Source: a virus. Taken from it: a stretch of 64,000 nt of DNA. A program made the translations under genes and the position numbers. The stretch spans positions 1 through 64,000 of the IMG/VR virus record IMGVR_UViG_3300033146_005170. One strand, 5' to 3'. The notes under the pieces are model-generated. The model did not search any database. It saw only the letters and a list, made by a program, of their open reading frames with translations, and had not been told where the DNA came from. This document shows positions 1 to 10,260 of this stretch, one piece after another (the stretch's first letter is position 1; each line of letters starts with the position of its first letter).

Positions 1-87
1 GTCGATGGCTATGCTGAATGTTTAGAAGAAACAAGCTGTATTGGCTATGTCGCTAGTGGCTATATGGTCGATGGCTATGCTGAATGT
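1..87 (+). repeat. 66-nt period coding repeat (GTCGATGGCTATGCTGAATGT x2)
   Basis: Identical 21-mers at 1-21 and 67-87. Confidence 0.9.
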
Positions 88-3000
88 AAAGAGGAAGCAA
101 ATGGTCAAGATCTTTATGGCAGTTGTATTCTTGAGAGCTCTAGTAGCTTAGATATTTTAGCAAAGATACTTAGTTCAAAAGCTATACTAGAAGGCTCTGC
201 TAAACTTAAAGGCTCTACAGGTCATAGAATAGCTGAATGGCTTTTTGAAACTGATTTAACTGATACTGTTTCTAATACTCCTACTTATGGTAAGAATTAT
301 GAAATATTGAATGGTTGTGTCAATGCTTTAAATCTTCAAGCTAATAGTGGTATGCACTTTGTTTTTAATGACTTACCATTTTCTTTAAATGATTACACTG
401 TTGATATAAATATTAAATTTGGACCCTTAATATCTGGTCTTGATGAGCGAATTTATAGAAACAGAGCTTTAGACTCTATAGAATATCTTTTTATAGATAC
501 TGATTTAAGTAGACTATATTATGGTCTTTCAGGATATGGTGGTTGGGTTCTTGTAGATATAAAACCTTATTCTAGTCATAGAATAACTTTTACTAAAGTT
601 CATAAGGACTCTTATTATTATATAGCTATTTATCTAGATGGTAATATGCTTACTAGCTTTAGTCGTAGCACAAATGTTGAATTATCCGATCCTAATGGAG
701 AAGTTAGCTTTGGATCTTATTTTCAAGTAGGCAATTACTATGACTCTACTAATATGCTTTATAAGTTAACTATTTATGATGAAGTTTTAAGACCTTTAAC
801 TTTACCAGAGTATAAAACTTGTAGCTTACTGTCCGGTAATACTGAAGTTAATATAAATATTCCAGTACCTTATTTTGAACAGCTATTTGATAATCACAGT
901 ATAGAAGATACTTATAATCATACTATTTTTGAGAGCTTTGTATATTTTGATTGTGTAGCTAGATCTTGTTTAATACCTGAACATGCAGGTATGTTTTTTG
1001 AAAATTTTAAGGCCAATGAGCAAAATTTTACTGTAGATCTAGATTTTATTATTTTTGATAAATTAGTCAATGTTCTATTTCATAATCATTATCTTATAGT
1101 TCTTTATGTCTATTATGATACTCTTGCTCTTTATATAGGTGATATTACTTTAGACTTAGATTATCAATTTTTTGAAAATACTTATTATAGTTTAAGATTT
1201 ACTCTAAGGCATCTTAATACTAATTTAGTTTTTGTAGAAGTATCAGTTAATGGTGAAATTATCTATAGTGCTGAAATTAGTCTTACTTGGCTAAATAATT
1301 CTAATAATTTATTTTATATAGGAGCTTATGATCACACTGTTTCAGGCTCAGATTATCTCTTTGACTACTCTTTAGAAGGTAGGCTCTTTTATTCTTTAAT
1401 TACTATAGGCACTTTGCCTCAACCAAAAGAATTTATTGATCGAGGTACTTCAGCTTGTGCAGCTGGTCAATCTGATTTATATTTACTTCCAACTATGACT
1501 TATAGTAAGGCTGATTTATCTGCAGAGGCTAGTATTTACTGTTATGGAGATCTTCATCTGGATATTGGACAAGCTAACTTATCTGCAGAGGCTAATTTAT
1601 ATATTCATTTAGCTACTTGGATTTGTGGTAAAAGTAGTTTAATAATAAAAGGTCAGAGTATTCCAGGGCCTAAAGGTCATTTATTTATAAATACAGAATT
1701 ATTAAGTCAAGCTAATTTAATTTGTTTTCCAGCTAATACAGTTGGTATTAAAGATATTTTTGGGGATGGCAGCTGTGAAATGTACTGGCCAGGAAATAAA
1801 TATTCAGATCCTCAATATCCTTTATCTTCTTATGGAAGTGAGGTAAATAGACCTGGTAGATTTAATTTAGCTTATTGGAGTGTACCTACTTTTAGTTGGG
1901 GTATGTACTATTCCTATGATGTTGCTAGTTGGCTAGGTGGTAGAGGTACTACTACACTTTCTCTATGGCTTACAAATGAAACAGACAATTTGATGCTTAC
2001 TCCTTATGAAATAGAAAATTCTTTTGATCCTGTAGAGCCCGGAGATTGTGGTTTTAATATTAGAGTTATAGATGGTGTTAATGATAGGAATTTAGTAATT
2101 GCTATTGGACATACTAGTAACCAAATTATTATTCCTTGGTTATGGGGATCTTATCAAGAAGAGGCTGATTGTCAAAGTCAAAGAGGCTATATACATTTAT
2201 TAATTCAAGTAACTAATCAACAGGCAGATATTTTTATTAACTATGATGAAAAACACTATAACTTATCTCTTCCACAGGCTACTTTTTCAAGTATAGCTTT
2301 ATATAGAATTGAAGGATTTTTAGATGAAATTAGATTCTTTAATAGGGTTTTAACTGATAAAGAAAGAGAAATTCTTTTTTATGAAAATGATCTTAAAAAT
2401 AGAGCTTATTTAGTAGGTGAAGGTCTTATAACAAGAGCTCATCCAGATAGAATGATTTGTCATATGCACTTTAGTAGGATAGGTACAGCTTTAAATAATG
2501 AAATAGTAAATGAAGTACCTTTTTATGTCAGGTCATTTAAAAAGAATCTGACAATAGCAACTAGATTTAGAGAACCAATGCAATTGGAGTTTACTGGTCA
2601 TCGGCCTGAGTTTACTTTACCTTCAGAAGAAGGTACCTTTAGAGGTATTTTTATTAATATCTATGAAAATGCTCCTGTTCTTTGGTTAAGTAGTCAGTCT
2701 CAATATAGTCTTTTTGGTTTTAAATGTTCCATAATTAATTACAGGTTAGAAATTATTATGGATTGCCTTGATCATACTTTAGAGTATCTTTCAGATGTTC
2801 TAGAGTTTTCTAGTTTTAATGACTTAGTAATAACTTATGACAATCAAAGAATTACTTTCTATCTTAACTCAGAACTAGTTTTAGATGCTCCTTGGGTTTC
2901 TAGAACTATGACAATTTACTACGGTGCTAAACAAGATATTTGGTATGGTAAAGGTGGAGGGCAATACTGCTTTATAGACGGTCTTGATTTTAAAGCATCT

Positions 3001-5739
3001 CATAATGTAATAAGATCTTGGTATAATTTACAGGCTAAAGACTATTTTAAAGAAGAACAAAGCTATCCTAATAGGTATATTAGAAGCTTAGGTTCTCGTG
3101 AGCAAACTCCCCCAGCTTTAGGCTATAGAAACTATTACAATACTGAGATTGGCCAATTTGACTTTGTTCATACCATAAATACAATAGCTACAAGTCAAGG
3201 CTATGACTTTTTACAGACAGATAGAAGACTTGCTACTTATGGCTATAGAGTAACTTCAAAAATTAGACCTAATTATTTTTACTTTTTTCTAAACTTTATT
3301 GACTTTAAAATAGATTTATCTAAGTATTTAAGATTTGCTATATTCTATACTTATAGAGACACTACAGATAGACTAATTATCCTGATTTATAACTACAAAG
3401 GTAGTGGTCTAGCTGATATGTCAGTTAATCTAGAAAGTATAACTGAAGTATCATTTAATCCAGAAGACTTTAAACTCACTGCTAATACAGGCTATTCTAG
3501 CAGTGTTAAACTTTTTAATGAATGTCATATAATGCTGGGAAATTATAGTCCTGAAGATATTATAGAGCTAGTAAATTCAAAGCAATCTGAACTTATTTTA
3601 AGTACCACAGGTAAGTGCCATTTAAGTTGTAAAGCTCTTTTATATGCTGCACCTAGAAGAGATTGGAGTGTTGGTCTTATAGCTACAATTAAGTTAAGTT
3701 ACAATGGCACTGCCATTGCTATTAGGCAAAAGTTAACTGGCCTATCTAATCTAACTGTAGCTAAAGCTTATCCTCTACAAGATCAAGGAGCTCGTTGTAG
3801 AATTAATACTAAAACTTATGTAAAAGCTAAAGAGGTTCATGATTATTACTATTATTCTAATACAAGAGCTTTAGATAATAAGCAGCTTTTACCTATTGAA
3901 TATTTAAAAAATAGTTTAACATGGGCTACTGGTTTTATTGCTAAAGATATTTATGGCAGATATTTAATAGCTAATGCTTCTTGGAACTTAGTTTCATTCA
4001 AAAGCTTCCCAAATGAAGTTTATACTTTAAATGGCTGGCGCCACGGTTGGACTAGTAAATATTATTCTGATGGTCTATTTGGTTTAGATATTGATGGCTC
4101 ATTTATTGGTATGTCTCATGCAGGTTATACTGATGGTTCAGGTACTAATTATATAGTTAATGATTCTGAAGAGCTTGGTTTGCCTTTAGGTACTGGTTGG
4201 CATGACATATTGTTTATTAATTCTAATTTATACTTTGTTAAAGACTCTAATGGCTCTCAAGTTCAGATTAAGCCTTCTAGAACAATCTTACTTAATAACA
4301 ATTGGATTTATGGCCTTTATGTTACAGATCATCAAACTACTTATCCTTCAAGTTGGATTCTTATGACTAATGATCTAAATAAAACTTACTATTTTGATGT
4401 TACTCTAGATGTTGCTGATATGATTGAATTTGGAGTGGATTTAGCTATTAAGATAGTTTATTGTCGTCGCTTATATTGGAATGAGAATGGTCAAGGTACT
4501 ACTCTTCTTAGTGTGTATAATTTTATAGTGATAGATCAAAATAATAACTTATGTTTAGTAGCTCCAGAGGGTAGCGCTTTAAATGAAACTTTAAATAATC
4601 AATTATTAGCCTTACCAGATGAGTATAGTCAGGTTGTACACATTGGGGCCTACTATTCCACACACTTTCTGGCTCTAGTTAATATAACTACTGGTAAGGT
4701 TGATTATATTGATCTTGAGTACTGGTGGGGTTCTACTAATTCTGAGCACCACACCACTGCTCAGGAGTGTATTGATAGATTAGAGAGTAAGTTTAATAAT
4801 GTTAGTAGTCCTGTACTATATGTAGGATATGTTCAAATTTGGCTTCCTGGTGGAATATGGGTTAAAAATTTATTCTGGCATACTAAAGATCAAGTTGGGC
4901 TGTTCTGGCATGAAAAAGAGCCTTATATCAGTAGTAGCCCTACTGATTATACAATTACTTTACCATTTGATGATATTAAGCATGCTTCTTTTTCTAATAT
5001 CAATTATATTACTATAACTAGAACTAATGGCTATGTCTATATCTATGACCTTGAAACTGGTCTTGAGATAAAAACAAGAGAGCAAAGATTTTTTCCTAAT
5101 AAGAATTTTATCTCAGTACAGACTCGTTTTGCAGCTATTCCTCCTAGTATAACAAAAGTAGAATGTAGATTAAATGGAACTGCTGGACTTATTAGCTATG
5201 CTAATGAAGATTTGTTAAATTTTGTTCATAATGTTCTAAAGATTAATCCTTCTAACTATCCAGAAGAAGACTTTAGTGAGGAAAAATATATTAGAGAAAC
5301 TAATCCTATTAATGATCCCTTAGGAATGCACATAGATTTGAACTATCAGCCTAAGTATCATTGGCATAGATATACTGAAACAGAAGTAATACAATCTCTA
5401 GGTCCAAAACTACCAGTTAAAATTCAGGTTAAGCAATATCTTTCTGGAATACTCTATAATAGCTCTAATGATCATGAAAAATGGGTATATGTTTTGATTT
5501 TAGACACCATAGGCACAATTCATGCCTATAGCACTTACTTATATGATGGTGTTTATAGTGCAGTTGGAGATTATAATTTATTTGATTTGCCTCAGCTAGG
5601 AGATCTAGACTACTTTAAAAATAGAAAAATTTCAATCAGGCAAGTAGAAACTGCTCACCGAGTTTTTCATTATGAGCTTATTGTTATAGATTATTTAGGC
5701 CTAGTACAAATAAGAACAATCGATTTAGGCGGTGTATAA
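1..5739 (+). CDS. Very large virion/fibre protein with probable LamG/ConA-like beta domains; 5' end lies upstream of the window
   Basis: Frame is open from base 1 (VDGYAECLEETSCIGYVASGYM-VDGYAECKEE, 22-aa repeat), so ATG 64 is probably internal. LamG-like signatures (IYLDG, GFLDEIRFFNRVLTDKE, LVITYDNQRITFYLN). Sits in the + strand structural block. Confidence 0.65.
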   Translation, partial: VDGYAECLEETSCIGYVASGYMVDGYAECKEEANGQDLYGSCILESSSSLDILAKILSSKAILEGSAKLKGSTGHRIAEWLFETDLTDTVSNTPTYGKNYEILNGCVNALNLQANSGMHFVFNDLPFSLNDYTVDINIKFGPLISGLDERIYRNRALDSIEYLFIDTDLSRLYYGLSGYGGWVLVDIKPYSSHRITFTKVHKDSYYYIAIYLDGNMLTSFSRSTNVELSDPNGEVSFGSYFQVGNYYDSTNMLYKLTIYDEVLRPLTLPEYKTCSLLSGNTEVNINIPVPYFEQLFDNHSIEDTYNHTIFESFVYFDCVARSCLIPEHAGMFFENFKANEQNFTVDLDFIIFDKLVNVLFHNHYLIVLYVYYDTLALYIGDITLDLDYQFFENTYYSLRFTLRHLNTNLVFVEVSVNGEIIYSAEISLTWLNNSNNLFYIGAYDHTVSGSDYLFDYSLEGRLFYSLITIGTLPQPKEFIDRGTSACAAGQSDLYLLPTMTYSKADLSAEASIYCYGDLHLDIGQANLSAEANLYIHLATWICGKSSLIIKGQSIPGPKGHLFINTELLSQANLICFPANTVGIKDIFGDGSCEMYWPGNKYSDPQYPLSSYGSEVNRPGRFNLAYWSVPTFSWGMYYSYDVASWLGGRGTTTLSLWLTNETDNLMLTPYEIENSFDPVEPGDCGFNIRVIDGVNDRNLVIAIGHTSNQIIIPWLWGSYQEEADCQSQRGYIHLLIQVTNQQADIFINYDEKHYNLSLPQATFSSIALYRIEGFLDEIRFFNRVLTDKEREILFYENDLKNRAYLVGEGLITRAHPDRMICHMHFSRIGTALNNEIVNEVPFYVRSFKKNLTIATRFREPMQLEFTGHRPEFTLPSEEGTFRGIFINIYENAPVLWLSSQSQYSLFGFKCSIINYRLEIIMDCLDHTLEYLSDVLEFSSFNDLVITYDNQRITFYLNSELVLDAPWVSRTMTIYYGAKQDIWYGKGGGQYCFIDGLDFKASHNVIRSWYNLQAKDYFKEEQSYPNRYIRSLGSREQTPPALGYRNYYNTEIGQFDFVHTINTIATSQGYDFLQTDRRLATYGYRVTSKIRPNYFYFFLNFIDFKIDLSKYLRFAIFYTYRDTTDRLIILIYNYKGSGLADMSVNLESITEVSFNPEDFKLTANTGYSSSVKLFNECHIMLGNYSPEDIIELVNSKQSELILSTTGKCHLSCKALLYAAPRRDWSVGLIATIKLSYNGTAIAIRQKLTGLSNLTVAKAYPLQDQGARCRINTKTYVKAKEVHDYYYYSNTRALDNKQLLPIEYLKNSLTWATGFIAKDIYGRYLIANASWNLVSFKSFPNEVYTLNGWRHGWTSKYYSDGLFGLDIDGSFIGMSHAGYTDGSGTNYIVNDSEELGLPLGTGWHDILFINSNLYFVKDSNGSQVQIKPSRTILLNNNWIYGLYVTDHQTTYPSSWILMTNDLNKTYYFDVTLDVADMIEFGVDLAIKIVYCRRLYWNENGQGTTLLSVYNFIVIDQNNNLCLVAPEGSALNETLNNQLLALPDEYSQVVHIGAYYSTHFLALVNITTGKVDYIDLEYWWGSTNSEHHTTAQECIDRLESKFNNVSSPVLYVGYVQIWLPGGIWVKNLFWHTKDQVGLFWHEKEPYISSSPTDYTITLPFDDIKHASFSNINYITITRTNGYVYIYDLETGLEIKTREQRFFPNKNFISVQTRFAAIPPSITKVECRLNGTAGLISYANEDLLNFVHNVLKINPSNYPEEDFSEEKYIRETNPINDPLGMHIDLNYQPKYHWHRYTETEVIQSLGPKLPVKIQVKQYLSGILYNSSNDHEKWVYVLILDTIGTIHAYSTYLYDGVYSAVGDYNLFDLPQLGDLDYFKNRKISIRQVETAHRVFHYELIVIDYLGLVQIRTIDLGGV

Positions 5740-6704
5740 TGGCTTATATAACTGTAGATGAACCAAGTAATTTAAATGATTTAGTTGACTATCATCATTA
5801 TGTAAGTACCTGGAAAAATACTGATTTTCATATTGCTTTAACTAGAACTGGAGAAATAAAAGCCTGGGGAACCGCAGATGAAGCTGCCTTTAACGTTCCC
5901 TATGGAACTGGTTATAATAACTTGATTGCTACAGCTTATTATGATGGCCTATGCTTTATGGTACTAGATGGCACCGGCTTTTTGGTAGGCTGGCAGACTG
6001 TAGCTGTTGATGTCTGGACTACCCCACCTTTTAATACTGATTATCTACCTAAACCTAGATATGCTTTTGTTAAGCTTAAGTATATTTCAAGTGAGCATAA
6101 GCTTATAGCTATACGCTCAGATGGTGCCAGTATTATTTATCATAATGGCATAGATTATAGGAGTGATGATCTTGACAGAAGCACTGATTATTTAGACTAT
6201 AGTGAGTATGAATATAATATAAACGATAATATAACTGATGCTAATGTGGCTATTCTAGGCTATGATAAGTCTTTAGAAAAGTCTGTAGAAGACCTATTTG
6301 AGCAAGCTTTAATAAGTCTGCAAACAAAAGTAATAAGAACTACTAAGATTAAATTTGTTAACGCTGCTAGGCTTCAATGTATGCCTAAGTTTAGTGATAT
6401 AGGCTCTACTCTAAGTACTTATTCTATTTTAGAGGTCGCTGGTGGTACGTATGTTTATGGTCAAGGTCTACTATATGGGTCTATTGCTAAACTGATAATT
6501 GGAAAGACACCAGCTGTTTTTATTTCTGGAGATGCAAGACTTGTTTTAAAAACTACTTTAGAAATAGAACCTCTAGAACTTAGTGCTAAAGCTTCTTTAT
6601 TAATCAAAGCAAGTTCTTTAGCTTGTGTAGCTAGAAATTGGGATCTTTTAGAGCAGATAAGAGAGAGCTTAGGGATTTCCTCGTGTTCTTATCTGCATAA
6701 TTAA
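5739..6704 (+). CDS. Virion-associated protein with an RCC1/BLIP-II-like repeat
   Basis: DFHIALTRTGEIKAWG resembles an RCC1-like repeat; TAATG coupling to the upstream gene. Confidence 0.5.
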   Translation: MAYITVDEPSNLNDLVDYHHYVSTWKNTDFHIALTRTGEIKAWGTADEAAFNVPYGTGYNNLIATAYYDGLCFMVLDGTGFLVGWQTVAVDVWTTPPFNTDYLPKPRYAFVKLKYISSEHKLIAIRSDGASIIYHNGIDYRSDDLDRSTDYLDYSEYEYNINDNITDANVAILGYDKSLEKSVEDLFEQALISLQTKVIRTTKIKFVNAARLQCMPKFSDIGSTLSTYSILEVAGGTYVYGQGLLYGSIAKLIIGKTPAVFISGDARLVLKTTLEIEPLELSAKASLLIKASSLACVARNWDLLEQIRESLGISSCSYLHN

Positions 6705-6732
6705 ATCAATATAAATTTATAGGAGACTTATT

Positions 6733-7137
6733 ATGGCTAACAATATGACAGACTATCTGGAAAAGAAACTTCTAGATCATACTCTTGGTGTAGGAGCTTT
6801 TACTATGCCTACGGTTTATTTGGCTTTGTTTACGGCTGATCCTGGAGAAACTGGAGATCTTACTAATGAAGTAGCAAATTCAGCTGCTTATGCTAGAGTT
6901 GAGATTAGTACCAAGTTTTCAGCGGCTACTAACGAAACTAGTGCTAATACAGCTGAGATTTCTTTTCCACAAGCAACAGGTGCATGGGGCATTGTTACTC
7001 ATATTGGCCTAATGGACACAGCTACTCACGGTGCAGGTAATATGATTTATCATGGTCAACTCACTGCTTCAAAAGATGTAGGCAATGGTGATACCTTTAA
7101 AATCGCTGTAGGCGATCTATCAATTACCTTGGCATAA
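6733..7137 (+). CDS. Small conserved phage virion beta-sandwich protein (family often annotated tail fibre/Gp80-like)
   Basis: TDYLEKKLLDH...VYLALFTADP...YARV...ISFPQATGAWG.VTHIGLMD...GDTFKI pattern; strong AGGAG RBS. Confidence 0.75.
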   Translation: MANNMTDYLEKKLLDHTLGVGAFTMPTVYLALFTADPGETGDLTNEVANSAAYARVEISTKFSAATNETSANTAEISFPQATGAWGIVTHIGLMDTATHGAGNMIYHGQLTASKDVGNGDTFKIAVGDLSITLA

Positions 7138-7140
7138 GCT

Positions 7141-7974
7141 ATGGATATACTAGCCTCGGCTAGTCTCTTCGGCATTACTACGGTTGAGGTAGCTGGGGAG
7201 GCTTTTATTGCCCCAGTTAATCTTTCAGCTTTTGCTAGCTTACTCTTAACTAAACATGAATTAGGTCAATGCTTTTTAGAAAGTAATGCTAGTATTCTTT
7301 CTTATGGAACTACTTTTAAAATGGCTAAAAGCCAGTTGCGAGAGGCAGCTGATTTAGCTATTTTAGAGACAGTTGTTAACCCGAATACTCCAGCTTCTGC
7401 TTTTCTTAGAACTCAGTCTAGTGTTTTTATCATTCCAAATGTTAAATCTACTATTAAAATGGGCGCTAGTAAACTTTATGCTAAAGCTAATACTCATTGT
7501 GTACCTTTATATGAAGTAAGAGGTATACCAGAACCTTTATCTGAAAAAGCTTATTTAAAAAGACCTCCCGAGGCTATTTTAGATACTAAATCTGAACTAC
7601 TTTGTTTTGGTTATAAAGTTTTAAAATGTAATATATGCTTACCTGAAGAACCTACTATACCTATACTTGGTTCAAGTAAATTAAAATGCACTGCAGTTCC
7701 AATTCCAGTAGCTGGAGAAGTAAAAGGAGGTATAGCTTTATATGCTATACCAGAGTCTTTAGGAATAACCTTTAGCTACTTACACGCTAGAATGTCTATG
7801 GACTGGGTAAGAAATAATACTTGGAAAATAAATGAAATTTGTAGAATTCAACAGTGTTTATTAGATGCTGTTAGAGAGGTTATAGCAAGACAAGATAATT
7901 TTCTTCAACCTAATGATATTCAACCTTTATTTGATAAAGCTCAAGAATTAATTTATGAGGTGGGTGATGTATAG
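7141..7974 (+). CDS. Hypothetical virion protein with repeated short beta-strand motifs
   Basis: Recurring L-x-x-x-(A/S)-x-(L/V/I) motifs; structural operon context. Confidence 0.5.
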   Translation: MDILASASLFGITTVEVAGEAFIAPVNLSAFASLLLTKHELGQCFLESNASILSYGTTFKMAKSQLREAADLAILETVVNPNTPASAFLRTQSSVFIIPNVKSTIKMGASKLYAKANTHCVPLYEVRGIPEPLSEKAYLKRPPEAILDTKSELLCFGYKVLKCNICLPEEPTIPILGSSKLKCTAVPIPVAGEVKGGIALYAIPESLGITFSYLHARMSMDWVRNNTWKINEICRIQQCLLDAVREVIARQDNFLQPNDIQPLFDKAQELIYEVGDV

Positions 7975-8926
7975 TGGACAAGAAATAGTAGCTCAAGAAG
8001 AATGTAAAATTGTTCTTGCTGAATTTTTTGAGAGTATAAAATGTATAGACTATAAAAAACCAAAAGCTAATGATTCATACTATACAGCTATAAATATGAT
8101 TTTGATTAATGCTGAAACTGCTTACTATGATCCTTTAACTAAAACTCTTTCTACGATCAATTTTAGTGTTAGACCTTTAAATATTGCTCCTAATACTAGT
8201 TATAATTATTTATTTGAAGCTGAAGTACCTGAAGGAGTTACTGGTCTCGAAGTTATTATGCTTGCAGAGGAATATAAGAAGATAAGAATTATGCCTTTAC
8301 ATTACATAGAAGATTGTAATAGCTTTCCAGAGTATAACTATGACATAAATATTCCAAAACCTATACCTCTACCGCCTTTTAATTTTCCACCTTTAAATTT
8401 TCCACCTCCTAGTAGTCTGGATAGCAGTTACATAAGAAGTTTTTGTATTGAACCAGATAACTCTGTAAAAATAATCTTTATAGGCAAATTTTCAGGAATT
8501 AAGAACAATAGAGCTTATTTAGTTGGTGATACTTATTATGGCCCAATTAATTTTGAATTAAGCTTAGATGATACTTTAGTAGATTTAAACTCATATACTC
8601 TAGTTCCAACCATAGAAAAAGTTAAAAGTTTTGAACTAGATGGTAATGGTGAATATAAAATGGTAGAGAAAGAAGTACCAGGGGGTATTTTAACTTTTAA
8701 CAACACTGCAGATACTATTAAAACTTATGGCGCTTTAAACTGGGAAGCTATGATAGGTCCCTGCGGTAGACAACCTTATGAGTATAAACAATTCTCTTTT
8801 TGTTATGATGATTTAACTGGAGCAATTAAAGTAACCTACGAAACAGACTCTACTGAAATTATTAAACCTGATGATCAAGGCTGGTATGATCTAGGTACAG
8901 TTAAAATAAGGCCTAAAGATGACTAA
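7955..8926 (+). CDS. Hypothetical protein with a proline-rich linker
   Basis: 323-aa ORF in operon; PKPIPLPPFNFPPLNFPPP; true start may be ATG 7967. Confidence 0.55.
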   Translation: MRWVMYSGQEIVAQEECKIVLAEFFESIKCIDYKKPKANDSYYTAINMILINAETAYYDPLTKTLSTINFSVRPLNIAPNTSYNYLFEAEVPEGVTGLEVIMLAEEYKKIRIMPLHYIEDCNSFPEYNYDINIPKPIPLPPFNFPPLNFPPPSSLDSSYIRSFCIEPDNSVKIIFIGKFSGIKNNRAYLVGDTYYGPINFELSLDDTLVDLNSYTLVPTIEKVKSFELDGNGEYKMVEKEVPGGILTFNNTADTIKTYGALNWEAMIGPCGRQPYEYKQFSFCYDDLTGAIKVTYETDSTEIIKPDDQGWYDLGTVKIRPKDD

Positions 8927-10253
8927 AACATTTTATATTCCAAGAGCTCCTAAATTAGAAGTTTTAAACTCTTATGGTACTTATGATTATTTCGTTTATC
9001 CTTGTTTTAGACCCTATAAACAAGGCTGTTTAGTTGAAGCTAAAGTTACTTGGTCTAAAAATAAGGGTTGGCTATTGTGTTTAAATACTACAGCTTCAGT
9101 AGGATATAATCAAAATGATGATTTACTTGTTGATGATTTAATATATAAATTTTATGATGGTCAAGGTACTAGAATCTATCCTAAACTTTGTGGCTATGGT
9201 AAAAATAATTATTATTCTATAAATTATCCAAAAGGTTATTATACTACTGAAGATACTTCAGGAGTTATTTGTACTCAAGATTATATTATTGACACTGTAC
9301 CTACTCTTTGTAATGGCACACAAATATATAATTTTCAAAGTAATCAATTTGAACCTAGTCTTAATATATATAATTCTTCTTGCCATACAGTGAGTAGACT
9401 TGCTGATGGCTCCGCTCAATGGCTTAATACTACTCCAGGTAATAAGGTTTGTATTAATGGCAATGAAGAAGACAAATACCTCTTGAGTTATCCTTGTGCA
9501 ACTTCTGGTTCTAGTTTAAAAGCTGGTCAATACCCTGTTCTAGGTCTTCCTATTGGTGGAGGTCAAGGAAAGCCTTACTATTCTGAACGATATACAAGAA
9601 AGTACTATATAGACTATAGTATGCAAGTATGGATTAAAGCAGAGATTCCAAATACTAATCTCTTTAGAATGTTTAAGATATTAAATCTTCAACAGGAAGT
9701 AAATCAGCAAGTAATTCAAGATGCTATAACTCTATACTCTTTTATAATTTTACTTAGGAGCTATATTTGGCTAGTTATTTTTGAAGTACCATATGGCTTA
9801 ATACAAGATAATGGTTGGCCAGATCCAGTATTTTTTAGTACTCCAGATAATAAATATGGCTTAGAGCCTTATTCAAAAGGTATTAAACTTTCTAGAAGTG
9901 CTTTAGCTAGATTAGACTCTTTTGAATTTATTCGTTGGGACTGGATATCGGTACAAGGAATTAGTAATGGTAGAGCTTGTAGATGGATGATGGTAGAAAC
10001 TTATAGAGAGCTCCGATATAGGTCAGTAACTATAGCTCCAGAAGAATGCCCTACAGATAAAGACTTAAATGAATTAAAAATAAATATAGTCACCACTGCT
10101 CTACCTTATATCTTTTACCCTATTCAATTAGGTAATTTAACTATAGATGTAGGTTTTCAAAGCTATGTTAAAAGAGTTAAATACCTTACCTCTAATGACA
10201 GTGTTCGTTATGGTACTTTTATTTATGAGCTTCCAAATGGAGGCCTAATTTAG
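8919..10253 (+). CDS. Hypothetical protein, last gene of the + strand block
   Basis: 444-aa ORF overlapping the upstream stop. Confidence 0.55.
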   Translation: MTKTFYIPRAPKLEVLNSYGTYDYFVYPCFRPYKQGCLVEAKVTWSKNKGWLLCLNTTASVGYNQNDDLLVDDLIYKFYDGQGTRIYPKLCGYGKNNYYSINYPKGYYTTEDTSGVICTQDYIIDTVPTLCNGTQIYNFQSNQFEPSLNIYNSSCHTVSRLADGSAQWLNTTPGNKVCINGNEEDKYLLSYPCATSGSSLKAGQYPVLGLPIGGGQGKPYYSERYTRKYYIDYSMQVWIKAEIPNTNLFRMFKILNLQQEVNQQVIQDAITLYSFIILLRSYIWLVIFEVPYGLIQDNGWPDPVFFSTPDNKYGLEPYSKGIKLSRSALARLDSFEFIRWDWISVQGISNGRACRWMMVETYRELRYRSVTIAPEECPTDKDLNELKINIVTTALPYIFYPIQLGNLTIDVGFQSYVKRVKYLTSNDSVRYGTFIYELPNGGLI

Positions 10254-10260
10254 GTCTCCA
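10238..10260. terminator. Hairpin at the convergent gene junction, possible bidirectional terminator
   Basis: TGGAGGCCTA-ATT-TAGGTCTCCA spans both overlapping stop codons. Confidence 0.45.

Noticed and set aside
1-10253. Diversity-generating retroelement acting on fibre genes
   Set aside because: No reverse transcriptase and no adenine-specific template/variable repeat pair seen
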